Below are positions 10,498 through 23,460 of a DNA stretch of 64,000 nucleotides, piece after piece; position 1 is the stretch's first letter; each line of letters begins with the position of its first letter. Below the pieces are notes generated by a model. That model was not told where the DNA came from and searched no databases. It saw only the letters and a list, made by a program, of their open reading frames with translations. The stretch comes from Malacoraja senta. Lineage: Eukaryota. The position numbers were made by a program, and so were the translations under genes. The stretch lies in the NCBI GenBank assembly GCA_038087875.1, contig CM076000.1:1922001-1986000 (forward strand), in the 5' to 3' direction.

Positions 10498-11534
10498 AGG
10501 TAGTAGCTGCTCATTGCAATTTCTTTTGAGATTTCAGCAGGGAGTATCTTTGCTAATTTAATTGAGACATATATGCACACCACCGGTACTTTGCGATACC
10601 TGGTTATTTTTAAATGTACCCTGAAAAATAAATAAGATTTATGCAATTTTAATAACATCAAATAGATTTATAGAAAAAAACCCTTTTATTTTACTTGTGA
10701 AATCTCCAATTTAGACATTAAGCATTTTTTTTAAACTATTAGGAATCTGAGATAAAAGCATGGATGAGAAAATGATACAAAATTGTTACAGAACGATTAG
10801 TGATGTATGAAAACTGCCCAGCCAACTCAAATCCTGAATAGAGAATGTAGAATGCCATTCAAACAGAAAACCCCCCATCACAGGAGAGAAAACTGGGAAC
10901 CGGAATGAAAGGGCTGACTTCACCACTTGAACTTGTTTCCCTATAATTAGCACCATTTGTGAATACTGGCCCACATGATCATTTGAAATCTGTTTACTTG
11001 GCAGCTCCCTAGTTAGTGGAATTGCTGCCGTGCAAATTAGACACAGGTGAAACAAGGGAAGTATTTTTTACGAGAAAAAAAAAAGTAATCTTAATTTGAA
11101 GATTGTGATTTCTTTTCTGGTAAATCTGGATAGGTGACTAGTAAACTTATTCGTCATTTTAAAGATTTGACTTTAGCTTCACAGATGTGAAAGATTTGAA
11201 AGCATATTGCCAATAATGTCAAAAAGCAAATCCAAGCGATTAGCCCATAAAAGCACTGCTAAGTCAAAATGGGTCACTTCAGTTTCATAATTATAAACAT
11301 CAAGAGAATAGGCTATATAGTGATTTACCATGACTTCATTGGTGCAAGCTATTTTCAGTAAATAACTTTTTTGTTGTACTATATATACACACACATTATA
11401 AATATATAAACTGCTGTTTGAGGAGTGTTTAACTACTGCTTATGTTTTCTCAATTATAACATTGAAGTTCAGAGGCAACACAATGATGCATCCTCAAATT
11501 TGGGGCACCAATAGAAAAGAATAGAAATGCAATA

Positions 11535-14061
11535 AGCCAGTTTGGTATTCCGACTGCGCATGCACAGGTCATAGGTCGCTCGGGCTAAACACTCGCGGCG
11601 GCCGTGCCGCTGCATGGGTGCAGACCTGCGTCTCGTCCCTATCCAGCCGCCGCTGGGTCGTCCCCGTCCCCTCCCAAGTGTCCCGTCCGGGGGCGGCCCC
11701 GGACCAGTGGGAGCTGGACGGGAGCGCGGAGACGGGGAGGAGAGGTGGGCCGGCTCCAGCTCGGCTCTGCCTGTCCCGGTGGGGCGCTGGCCCGTCTCAG
11801 CGGCGGCTCAGGCCAGAAGACGGTGTTGAAAAGACGCACCAACTCCAGCTCAACCCCGCTCGTCCCGCCGGCTGGACAAGCAGAGTCAAGCTGGGGCCGG
11901 CACCTCCCCCTCCTCGCTGACTGCGGGCCTAGACCAACACTCCCGTCCGCGGACCTCTGGATAGAAGACCCTCCTTCAGACTTCCTACACATTAGACTTT
12001 TGCGCTGTGGTTGGGATGGATGGGAGCGGGGATTTCCATGGGCGCAAGGAACAAATGACCTAATGTTTGCGTTGAGTGAACTGGGTGTTCTTAACGTCCT
12101 CGTCGTACATCGGCGTTTTGTGAGATTGGTTGGATGCCAGCTTCAGCTCAACCAATGTCGGTCACATTATCCAGACAGGCGGCGGGGGATCAGGAGCTGG
12201 TATGAGGCATCGGCGATGCTCTGGATTCCTAGTCGACCGCCGCCAAGTAGCGGGGTCAAGGAGGCAGTGCCCGACCCGGGGAGTAGAGGTGTCAATTCTT
12301 CCAGCAGCGAGCGGAGAGGCACCAGCTACCGCGGGCCACTCACCCGTCGGGCGCTGACTCCTCGATCCCGGTATCCAACCACTCTCACAAAACGCTGGTG
12401 TATAACGAGGACGGTAAGAACACTCAGTTCACTCAATGCAAACTTTAGGTCATGTAATGAGTCGATTCGTGCACACGTCAAGGTACAACACATATTTATT
12501 AAAGTACTCTTACAGCATTCATCTGCAAGGTGTTATAGTAACTAGCAGCTACTCAGACTAAATTACGTAGGCAAACTCCTAATAATATAAACCGCATAGT
12601 AGGCGGAGCTTCTACTAACAAGCACCACAATTGGTTAGTAAGAAGTAACTAAGCTACATCCTACCTTGTAGAAACAAAATAAAGCATAGATACGTGAATA
12701 CATGGTGGCTAAACAATACAGTAACCGAAACGCTAATAACGCATATGGGGAAGTATAGATGGTTACACAAAATCACTGTCTCTAAGGGGTGGCCTGCTGA
12801 CCTGTCTGGCGCATGTGTGGTACAAATCAGCATCTCCTCCTTTCACCGGTGAAGTGACTGGGGAAGGGACCGGGGACCGGGGACCGGGGACGAGCATGTT
12901 GAAAAAGCTTTGGCCACGCTATGTGCCTACGGGGGTGATGTTCTGCACCCGCTTGGAGAAACTGATTTAAACTGCATCATAGACTCGCAGTCTCATACCC
13001 TTAAGTTTTATATCGTCTGAGGGGATTCTGAAACTCTGCTTGGTATCAATGCATGCCACGATCTGGGCCTAGTCTACTTTGGCCGTGCAGTCCATCAACT
13101 CTTTCTCGCTGGGGGCCCCACTCAGCAGATACTCTCTCAATATAGAGAGCTGTTCAACGACGAGCTTGGTAAGCTGCCCCGCAAATACATCGCCGTTGAT
13201 CCCAAAGTCACTCCTGTGGTCCGAGCACCACATCGTGTTCCGCATGTCATGCGCGACAGAGTACACAATGAGCTCCTGCGGATGGTCTCCCTGGGCGTCA
13301 TTGCTATAGTTACTGACCCATCTGAATGGGTTTCCACCATGGTGGTTGCAACAAAGAAAAACAAGGAAGAAATTCGTATCTGCATCAACCCCAGGGACCT
13401 CAACACAACTATCAAACGCCCACACTACCCTGTGCGAACGGTAGAGGAAGTTGCTGCTCAAATAGGCAACGCATCCGTGTGTTCCGTTCTGCCAAGAGCT
13501 CGTTTTGGCAGATCCCACTTCTGACACCATGTAATGAGTCGATTCGTGCACACGTCAAGGTACAACACATATTTATTAAAGTATTCTTACAGCATTCGTC
13601 TGCAAGGTGTTATAGTAACTAGTAGCTACTCAGACTAAATTACGTAGGCAAACTCCTGATAATATAAACCGCATAGTAGGCGGAGCACCTACTAACAAGC
13701 ACTACAATTGGTTAGTAAGAAGTAACCAATCTACAGGTAATTTGTTCCTTGCACCTGCGGAAATCTCCAGCGCAGTCGAGACGAGGGGGTTTTGAAGTTG
13801 CATTCTCTCGATTGAGGACATTTTCTCGACTCTCCTAGAAGCAACGAGCCATGGCTTTACCAGTGGCTGTCTGTCTAACTGAAACCTCTCTCCCCCACCT
13901 CTCACCGTCTCTCCCTGTCTCCCACTCGCATCTACCCCCTCTCACTCGCTGATGCACCCCGCTCTCCCCCGCTACCAGGCACCCCATTCGCTTTTATTAT
14001 TCTCGAATGACCTTTGAAAAATCCCATGATTCCTTGCGTATTTCGGAATACCGAACTGGCT
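11535..14061. mobile_element. Non-autonomous TIR DNA element of uncertain superfamily, host of the LTR insertion
   Basis: TIRs AGCCAGTTTGGTATTCCGA / TCGGAATACCGAACTGGCT. The 2-bp flank reads as TA or AT depending on where the end is placed. Internal ~95-bp inverted repeat. Confidence 0.7.
12453..13735 (-). mobile_element. Small non-autonomous Gypsy/Ty3 LTR retroelement (206-bp LTRs, tRNA-Leu PBS) with inverted internal pol fragment
   Basis: LTRs 12453-12658 and 13530-13735 (TGTA..TACA). PBS TGGTGTCAGAAGTGGGAT on minus at 13512-13529. Purine-rich tract before the 3' LTR. TSD GGTCA/GGTAA. Plus-strand ORF 13216..13524 is a Gypsy RT N-terminus. Confidence 0.92.
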
Positions 14062-14584
14062 TATAAGACAGCCACATTTAAGTTTGAGGTCTGATTCTTT
14101 GGAGTGATTGGAAAAAAACCCCGCTCCCATTTGTAGTTTAAATGTCATGCTATAGTTTCCCTGGGCACTAACATGATGAAAATATATTGGTCTGGCTGTA
14201 ACTCTCAGGATGCCAAAATTACCGGTGATCAGCGTTACTGTACCATGAAACAGATCTATGCATCATGACTTAGCACTCTATTCACTTGCAGCACAGTTCC
14301 CCACAGCAATCAAGCGAAATTACTTGAACTGATGTGAATTTAAGCTATTTACAAATTAATATGGCTGTAATATACCCTGAAATTGTCTGCTTCGTTTTAT
14401 GTCAAAGCAAGATTTTAAATTGTATACCAAGCTATAATTAGTGGCAATATATGTTTTGAAATATTATGGTAATTGTTTAACATGATAATTTCACATTTTA
14501 CTATAATCACGTTATTTATTTATTCAACTATCTAAAATTCCACATCATTGTTTAAATATATAAAATTCTAGATAATTTTTTACA

Positions 14585-15347
14585 TACTTCTTGGCAAACT
14601 GTAACCTGGCCATCCTATTTTTGCGGCTAACCTGTGGTTTGTATCTTGCAGTGTAGCCTCTGTATTTCTGTTCATGAAGTCTTCTGCTGACAGTGGTCAT
14701 TGACAAATCCACACCTGACTCCTGAAGAGTGTTTCTGATCTGTCAGACAGGTGTTTGGGGATTTTTCTTTATTATAGAGAGAATTCTTTTGTCATCAGCT
14801 GTGGAGGTCTTCCTTGGCCTGCCAGTCCCTTTGCGATTAGTAAGCTCACCAGTGCTCTCTTTTTTCTTAACGATGTTCCAAACAGTTGATTTTGGTAAGC
14901 CTAAGGTTTGCCTGATGTCTCTAACAGTTTTATTCTTGTTTCTCAGTCTCATAATGGCTTCTTTGACTTTCATTGGCACAACTTTGGTCCTCATTTTGAT
15001 AAACAGCAATAAAACTTTCCAAATGTCATGGAAAGACTGGAGGAAAGACTATGTGCTGAGTGCTCTCTTATACCTGCATTAAGGAGGCATTTAAACACAC
15101 CTGAGCAATTACAAACACCTGTGAAGCCATGTGTCCCAAACATTATGGTGCCCTGGAATTTGGAGGGGGGGGGGGGGACTATGTATAAACACTGCTGTAA
15201 TTTCTATATGGGGAAACCAAAATGATAAAAAATGGCCTTTATTAAAATCTGACGTGATTTTTTTTCTATTACAAATCTCAAATCGTGGAGCACAGAGGCA
15301 AATAAATAAATGATGGGTCTTTGTCCCAAACATTATGGAGGGCACTG
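14585..15347 (-). mobile_element. Tc1 transposon, 5' half (long TIR and HTH region)
   Basis: ORF 14743..15009 has PKSTVWNIVKK..GRPRKTS. TIR CAGTGCCCTCC followed by TA. Same family as 41290-43202. Confidence 0.92.
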
Positions 15348-15902
15348 TAATTGACAGGGTATGGAAGGATACAGACCTAGTGTGGGCAAATGGGATTAGT
15401 GCAAGTAGGGAGAAATGATTGGTTGGACATGGAGGAAACAAGGTCTCGTTTCTGCTGTCCTATGACCATCACAATTGCTGAAAGTAACTGATTAAAAGTA
15501 AGAGTTACATTTCTACAAAATGATTGAGTGAAACCAAGTTCTCAAAAAAATGTTGAGAATGGAGTTTCAGATGCACAAGGCATAACCCAACATAGGAAAG
15601 CATGCCATCTTTGTACACGTTGAGCTCAGACACCCATTCCACAAGTATATTTCTTCAAAGATCACGAGGCCCATTGCAGATGGCAGTCCTTAAATATCCA
15701 ATCCCCAATCTCAAAGAAAACATTTTACTATCATTTAAGAAATGAATAACAATTAAATTTAGGTCAGCATCCGAATGTTACAAAGCAAAAACAGACATTT
15801 TTGAAGTAGTAAAATAGAAATTAATTTCTGACCACGTTTACAAAAAAATGAAAAAGTCATACTCGGCTGGCAAGTACAAAACTGAAATATTCTTTGCTAG
15901 TT

Positions 15903-16165
15903 GACACAGTGGCACAACGGTAGAGTTGCTGCCTCACAGCGCCAGGGACCCGGGTTCAATCTTGACTACAGGCGTTGTCTATACAGAGTTTTCAACTGCG
16001 TGGGTTTTCCTCCCACACTCCAAAGACGTACAAGTTTGTAGGTTAATTGGCTTTGGTAAGTTGTAAAATTGTTCCCAGGGTGTAGGTTAGTGTACAGGGT
16101 GATTGCTGGTCAGTGCAGACTCTGTGAGCCAAAGGGCTTGATTCGGCGTTGGATCTCTAAAGTCT
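15903..16165 (+). mobile_element. tRNA-derived SINE
   Basis: Same head and core as 10213-10497. Confidence 0.82.
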
Positions 16166-19100
16166 AGTTAAAAATATTTTACATACTGCCCAGAGAAGTA
16201 AATAGTCCAATCTTTAAATAAATCCTATGTAATAGATAACATCTTAATGGATAATTTATCAAAATTATCCTGGTCATACAATGAGCCTTGTAAATCCAAT
16301 TTATAAGCAATTACTTGCACGAAAGAGACTTGATAATATTTTCCATTTGAAACTCAAAGGAGGAGGAGGATAATATTATTGGCTGTTGTCACCTTAAACA
16401 AACATATCGCTGAAAATGGATGGCGATAGTTACACACAAATCCTTCTGAAATGGATCTCTTGGCAAAAAATATCTTCTGGCGTACACATGTGAAATATTT
16501 GAAACATTTGCTTAGACAATGAAAGGCTAATTTACAGTCAGACAAGTCATTACTTCATAGCTTGAAGATCTATCTCATAACTGCAATTTTGTCAACAGGG
16601 CAGAAGGAGGAACAGCTTTTTCATTTTAGGAAGATAACAAATGCATGCTCAGATAGATGGGATTCTGATTATAAATTCAACATTGCACTTTCAGGATACT
16701 TAGTACCTTTGTTTTTGTTTAAATGAGGACCATCTATACACAGCTGCAACACGAGACAGATATAAACACATTCACAATCCACAAAATTGGGAAGTGAGAC
16801 AAACATTTTTGTAAAATTATGTTTCAAATGAATCAAAAAAGGTACACAAGTAGCATATAGAACTTATTTTATTATTGTTCGAGAATTTGGAATTCAAATG
16901 CAGAGGATCCCAAAGAAACAATTTTCTCTCATACGACATGTATACACTGCTTCGAACCTGCACTGCATAGCAATAATCAACCAGCAAATACACAACTAAT
17001 AACATGATTAGAATGGATTACAGGTTAGTGTCAATAAAATATGAAATCTATAGATGGGCTTGGCCATTCTCACTTTTCTCATCATTTAAATAATTAATGT
17101 CAATCTTTAGATATTTAAGCTTTCAAGGTTGCAAAAAAAATTATTAGTGAGTTTCCCTGTAAAGACTTTGTCACAAGTCAGAACATTACTAAATATGCAC
17201 AAAATAATTTAAAAAAAACATTACCCTCTTTTAATTTAGAAGCAAGGAACTGCAGGTGCTGGTTTACACAAAAGGACACCAAGTGTTGGAGTGACTGAGC
17301 GGGTCAGATGCTGCCTGACCCGCTGAGTTACTCCAGCACTTTGTGACCCTCTGAATTATTGTGCTCATTTGGCAGTTCCATTACAAAGGGGGAAACATTT
17401 GAACAACAGATTTAGGTCTTTTTCAAAAATTATTGGAGTGAATAGTTTGCCAAATCCAGCAAACCAACAAGAGATTACAAACTTTACAAATAAAAAGCAA
17501 GGCTGTATAGTATATAACATTTTGTTGGACTGCAATTATTAGCACTCAAAATATTTTTTCTATCAGACAATGCGAAACAGAGATTCATACTTGCAAAGTT
17601 TGCAGATTTAAATCACATCCTTCCAAGCTCATGTGTATACAACATCCAGGTCAGTTTAAGATAAAACACGGGTTCAATACAGAGTAAACCTGCAACATGC
17701 CTTTGTTTAAATTGCTAGAATGGTAAGTAAACATTTCTCATCCAGCCATCTTCCAGGATCTTCAAGTTTATATCGAGCATTATATGGCTGTATGGTAGTA
17801 TCTTGTAATATTCAGTTGTGGTTGGTTAGAACAATGAAATTTATAGTGCATCTTCACTTATATTTTATTGCAAAAAGTACTTCATAAGTAAAATTAAAAG
17901 TAAATGATGCTTAGGAAGAACAGAACCTTCCATAGATCAATATTACGACATATCTGTTCAAGAAACATGTTTTACAAATATAATCGCACCCAATCTGCGT
18001 GGAGCAATTCAGTAGCCAGTCCATTCTGGTCAGATGGGTTTCATGTAAGACAACCATTTATAGTTAATCTTCCTGTATCACGAATAAATCTTCTTTAGAA
18101 GTACTTCAACAGAATAACTGTCTTTTCTGAAAAGCATATTCTACGCTTTCAGATGTGGGAGACCCTTGTCTGGCGATTCTTATGTTACTCAAATGGTTTG
18201 TCATCATTAGAGCAGATTCTCTTATTTTAGAATAATTAACAAAGTAACTGGTTTCAACAGCAATGCCCATAATCCACATTACTTATTGCTTCATTAATTC
18301 TAACTTGACAAATTGCATTCAGTTTACAAACAATTGGTGGAGAGGGAGACAAGAGGACTAAGAACATCAAAAATTGAGAATGTTGGAAAATGACCTGTAA
18401 ATAGTGGTCTATATATGCTTTCAAGATGGGTTTTCAGCTTAAAAGGTGTCCACGTAGAATAGTTCTTATTTAAATATAAAACTGGGAAACCGAAACTAAT
18501 TAAAATCTTGGATTGTTTATTTAAACAGAACATTCCTTAGCAGTGATAAGGCCGTGAACATTAAGTACTAGGTCAGGAGAAACTCGTTAGTGGGATATTT
18601 ATGTTGTGCCCTATCTGGTCTTGTGCAGGTTCCTTTGTTAAAGAAAGTTAGGAGAGTCAAAATGGAATTGGTATGCTTAAATATCTGTGCCTCATTAACT
18701 CTGACATTTTCCAGGACACTTAAATAGAAGTGATTGACATCAGAAGTGATACACCTCTGTTAATTGTTTGTCTCAAACGACATTTTAAGAGGGTTTTCTT
18801 TCCATTTAGGTTCTCTTTCAATTTAGGGTGCAGAAGAGGATGTGTGGTACTCATCCAAGCAAATTTGCATTGGATTCAATAGATTCACAAGTTGAGAGAT
18901 TTTGACTCATTCATGTCAGACAAGCTATCAGGCAGCTTAGTAAACCTTCTCAATGTTTCTGTACTTACCGCCATTGTATGTTCCAAATTTAGGTGCATTA
19001 GAGGCGCAGGCTCTGTGGTATCATTCTCTCCCGAGCTCACCAACAGTCTGAATGGCTTTAGTTATGTGGAAGTAGGCTTACTGCTCTAGTTAATTGTGCA

Positions 19101-19880
19101 ACACTGGGAGATAAAACAATATGATAATAATCCCAGACCAGATCTTCGTGACTTTCACACATGTATCATTTTAACTTTTCTGGAATTATTGTATTAACAC
19201 CAAATAAAGGGAGGCCCAATAGCTTGCTTTAAGCAGCTTTGTTCAGCAGTTAGTTAAATTGTACAAAACAGAAAATCAAATTTTAAAAGTGCCACATTCA
19301 GTACATTATCCCAATTTACTTCAAACAGAGATATTCTCCCCTGAACTGCCCAACAACTGGGACAGTGCGTCGACTCCACAACATTTCCTGCATGATTATC
19401 ACAGTAATCCACGGTTACTTCTGTGTTCAACAAGTAGCTTGTCAAAAGCCTTGCTGCTGTACTAACTGCTGGTCTAGTTGGATGCAAGGAACTACGTCTG
19501 AAGAAGGTCCCGACCCAAAACATAATCTATCCGTGTTCTCCAGGGATGCAGCCTGACCCGCTTAACTCCTCCAGCACTGTGTGTCTTTTTTGCCAGTCTA
19601 GTTGTCTGGATTCAATGCAAAACAATATCTGAACATATTTACTATATTTCATCTGCATGGTCAAGGCTCAAAATATTGCTCTGAAAAAAAGAGCCAAAAT
19701 GAACAGCTACTCGTTATATCCGTTAAAAAATGGTGAATGGTTAAGAATGATATTTCCTAAATTCCACCCCAATTAAATCAATTGATATGCAATCTTACAT
19801 ATACTTAATCGATAATGATGTGCATCGTCTTCTCCTGTATTCCATCTTCATAAAATCTCCTCCCCAATTCTTATATCTAA

Positions 19881-22465
19881 CTAGACTAAGTGGGCCCAGC
19901 ATCACACAGGAGGGATGGTCCCCCAACGCAATATAGAATAGAATAGAATGCCATTTTATTGTCACTATACACATGTACAATGAGATCAAAAGCAGCTCGT
20001 ACTCAGTGCAGACATGTAATTAGTTCAAAAAACAAAAAAACTAAACAAAAGGGGGGGGGGGGATAAGGTGCACAGTTCTGCGGCGCTATATACATATCTA
20101 TAAAAAGACAATGGGTGAATAGTGAATAAATAGGATTCCTATATACAGTATGGGTTATTGCACATATTAAAAATTACAGTTACAGTACAAATTACAGTAG
20201 GTGGATAGATGGAAGTCCGGGGGTTAAGCTGTGAAGTCAGTGCATGTGTGAGTTCAGAGAGGTTATGGCTTTTGGAAAGCAACTGTTCTTGAGTCTATTT
20301 GTCCTTGTTCTGATGCACCTATAGCGCCTCCCTGAGGGCAGCAGGTTGAACAGGCCAAATGCAGGATGGGAGCTGTCCTTGATGATGTTCTTCGCCCTGC
20401 TGAGGCAGCGGGAGGTGTAAATGTCCATCAGGGAGGGGAGAGGGCAGCCAATGATCTTCTGTGCTGCCCTAACTGCCCTCTGGAGCCTCTCCCTGTCTGC
20501 CCTGGTGCAGCTGCCGTACCATGCTGTAATGCAGTATGTAAGCAGGCTCTCAATGGACGAGCGGTAGAAAGTCAGCAGCAGCTTGGAGTCCAGGTTGTGC
20601 TTCCTGAGGACCCTCAGGAAGTGCAGCCGCTGCTGAGCCTTCTTGATGACCGCTGTGATGTTGTCTGTCCAGGAGATGTCAGCGGAGATGAGGACGCCGA
20701 GAAACCGGAAGGTGTAGACCCTCTCCACACACTCGCCGTTGATGTATAGGGGGTCTAAGTCGGTGCTGTGCCTCCTGAAGTCGACAATGAGCTCTTTTGT
20801 TTCCTTGGTGTTCAGAGCCAAGTTGTTTTCTGAGCAGCAGGCTGTCAACTTCAGGACTTCCTCTCTATAGGCTGCCTCGTCTCCCCTTGAGATGAGTCCG
20901 ACTACTGAAGTGTCGTCAGCAAACTTGACGATGCGGTTGTTGTTGTGGGCCGGACTACAGTCGTGGGTGTAGAGACAGTATAGGAGGGGGCTTAGCACAC
21001 AGCCCTGTGGGGAGCCGGTACTCAACATGCGAGTGGAGGAGAGGTGGGGGCCGAGTCTCACAGTCTGGGGCCGGTTGGTGAGGAAGTCCTTTATCCAGGC
21101 ACATGTGAGAGTGGGGAGGCCGGGAGTGACCAGATTGTCGATGAGAATGTCCGGAATGATAGTATTGAAAGCTGAGCTGTAATCCACAAAGAGCATCCGG
21201 ACGTAGCTCTGCCCCTGCTCCAGGTGGCTCAGCACAGAGTGGAGAGCTACGGTGATGGCGTCTTCTGTGGATCTGTTTGGGCGATAGGCGAATTGGTGAG
21301 GGTCGAAGTTTGGAGGGAGATAATCCTTGATGTGCTGGAGGACCAATCTCTCGAAGCACTTCGTGAGTACCGGAGTGAGAGCCACGGGACGGTAATCATT
21401 TAGGCTGGTGATGGGAGACTTCTTCGGCACTGGGACAATTGTGGCTGATTTTAGGCAGGACGGGATAACTGCCTGGTCCAGGGAGAGGTTGAAGATTCTG
21501 GTGAAGATGCCAGTGAGCTGGTGGGCACACGCTTTAAGCACCCTACCAGGCACTCCATCCGGGCCGGCAGCCTTCTTGGGGTTCACTGCCAGGTGCACCC
21601 GTCTGACATCGTTCTCCCTTACAGTGAGTGGAGTAGTACAGGAGCCAGGTGAGGGTGGGAGCAGGGCTGTAGCAGATGGGTGCTGCTGTTGTGATGTTTC
21701 AAAGCGGGAAAAGAAGCAATTTAGCTTCTCTGCCAGCGGCGCACTCAGGTCTTCCGTGTATTATTGCTGGACAGGTGGGACTCTATGCTCCTCTTATGGT
21801 CCGCCTTGGCTTTTCACCTCTCCACCAATTCCAATATTGGTGGCCAGTGGGGGGGGTGGGAGGTGCTTTCTGGAGCGCTAGTATGGGTGTTGTGGGATGA
21901 AGGGACTGGTTTCCAGAGGGCTAGTATGGACATTGTGGGCCAAATGGATTCTTGGGCTGGCGGCTCAGTCACTCAAGCCTGTTGTGCTGGCAGTTGACTC
22001 ACGGCTATTCCTTGAAATTCCATTTCAAGCAGGGTGCAAGGCCACCAAATTCAAGAGCAGTTTCTTACCACTTCAAGCAGGTGCAAGGCCACCAAGTTCA
22101 AGTGCAGTTTCATACCATTTCAAGCAGGGTGCAAGGCCACTAAAAACAGCGAATCGTGACCTCTCCCTCCTCCATCTTGCAGAGACAGAGCCACGCCCAC
22201 ACTTCTGGGCTTTATAGTCCCCCCTCCTCCCACCAGAAGGGGCGTGGCCTTCATGGCATGATTGACAGGAGAGAGAATCTCAACATTTTTAAACACTAAT
22301 AACTCTTTTATTTTTCATCGATGGGAAAAATCCTCGTCCTGCGCAGGGGGGGGGGGGGACTGAGTAAGATGGCCAAAAAGCACAGCCATAAGTGGCAGAA
22401 TTTTTTATAAAATCAATATACAAAACAACAGGAAGTGGTCAAGATCAGACTTTTAGTAATATAGA
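19881..22465 (-). mobile_element. Non-autonomous Helitron-like element interrupted by a Rex1 LINE
   Basis: Minus strand starts A|TCTATATTACTAAAAG and ends CCCACTTAGTCTAG|T, i.e. 5'-TC, 3'-CTAG at an A|T site, with no TIR or TSD. Confidence 0.72.
19933..21770 (-). mobile_element. 5'-truncated Rex1/Babar-clade LINE with uninterrupted RT ORF
   Basis: ORF 20237..21598 (453 aa): [43 protein letters not shown]. (CTATT)n tail at ~19933. Confidence 0.93.
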
Positions 22466-22549
22466 TATGTCACTCTACCATCCCGAGCCCAATACTCCCA
22501 ACTTCCAGCCTCCATTTATTTAGCCCATGGTTATTTTCTTAAAGCCAAA

Positions 22550-23460
22550 TCATTGATGAGACCACATTAGAGGTATTGTGTGCAGTTCTAGTCATCAGCT
22601 ACAGAAAGAATGTAATTAAGCTGGAAAAGGCACAGAGAAAAAAAAGATTCATAAGAATCATACTGGGACTTGGGGGCTTGAGTTACGAGGAGAGGCTGAG
22701 ATTATTTCCCTCCACAGTGTAGGAGGTTGAGAGGTGATCTTGAGAGGTGTATAAAATCACGAGCAGGGTAGATATTGTGAATGGTCACAGTCTAAAACTA
22801 AAGGGCACAGATTTAATGAGAAAAAGGGAAGATTTAAAAGGGACCAGAGGGGCAATGTTTTGCACAGTTATGTGGTTATATGGAATGGGCTTCCCCAGGA
22901 GCTGTACAGGTGGGTACAATTACAAACGTAAACGACATTTGAACACATGGACAGAAAATGGGTTGCGGGAATGGGCCAAACACAGCAAATTGGACTAGCC
23001 CAGACAGACATCTTGGTTTGCATGGACGACCTGGTAGCACTGCCTCAACTACTGGCAACATGTTCCATATACCCACTATCCTCTGTGTAATAACGTTGTC
23101 TACTAAATCTTCCCCTCTCATCTTAAATCCATGTCCGTAATTTTTGATTCCCTGCCCCCAGATAAAAGACTGTGCATTCACACTATTTCCCTCATGATTT
23201 TATATACTCTATAAAATCATCCCTCAGCCTCCCATGTTCCAAGGACTTGAGCCTTAGTCTGCCCAATCACTCCCTATAGCTCAGGCCCTCAAGCCCTTAT
23301 AAATCTTCTCTGTACTCTTTCCAGCTCAATGACAGCCTTCCCATAGCTTACTCTAAATGCAGCAGCAACAACATGTTGTACACAACATAACATCTCAACT
23401 TGTATGCTCAATGCACTGACTGATGAAGGCCAATGGAACGAAAGTCTTCCGCCACACCAT
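22550..23460. mobile_element. Two old CR1 3' remnants in opposite orientation (~22550-23030 plus; ~23040-23460 minus)
   Basis: Degenerate RPxLxYCVQF / RRLRGDL-type coding sequence on each strand. Confidence 0.7.

Noticed and set aside
10948..10972. TAGCACCATTTG, the start of miR-29
   Set aside because: The 3' half diverges and the upstream sequence lacks a complementary arm for the seed.
11604..12545. 313-aa ORF as a gene
   Set aside because: GC-rich low-complexity translation with no recognisable domain; it crosses from a DNA element into an LTR.
18149..18207. Minus-strand ATGATGA...CTGA box C/D snoRNA candidate
   Set aside because: Weak terminal stem, no clear C'/D' boxes, and the putative guide does not point to a methylation site I know.
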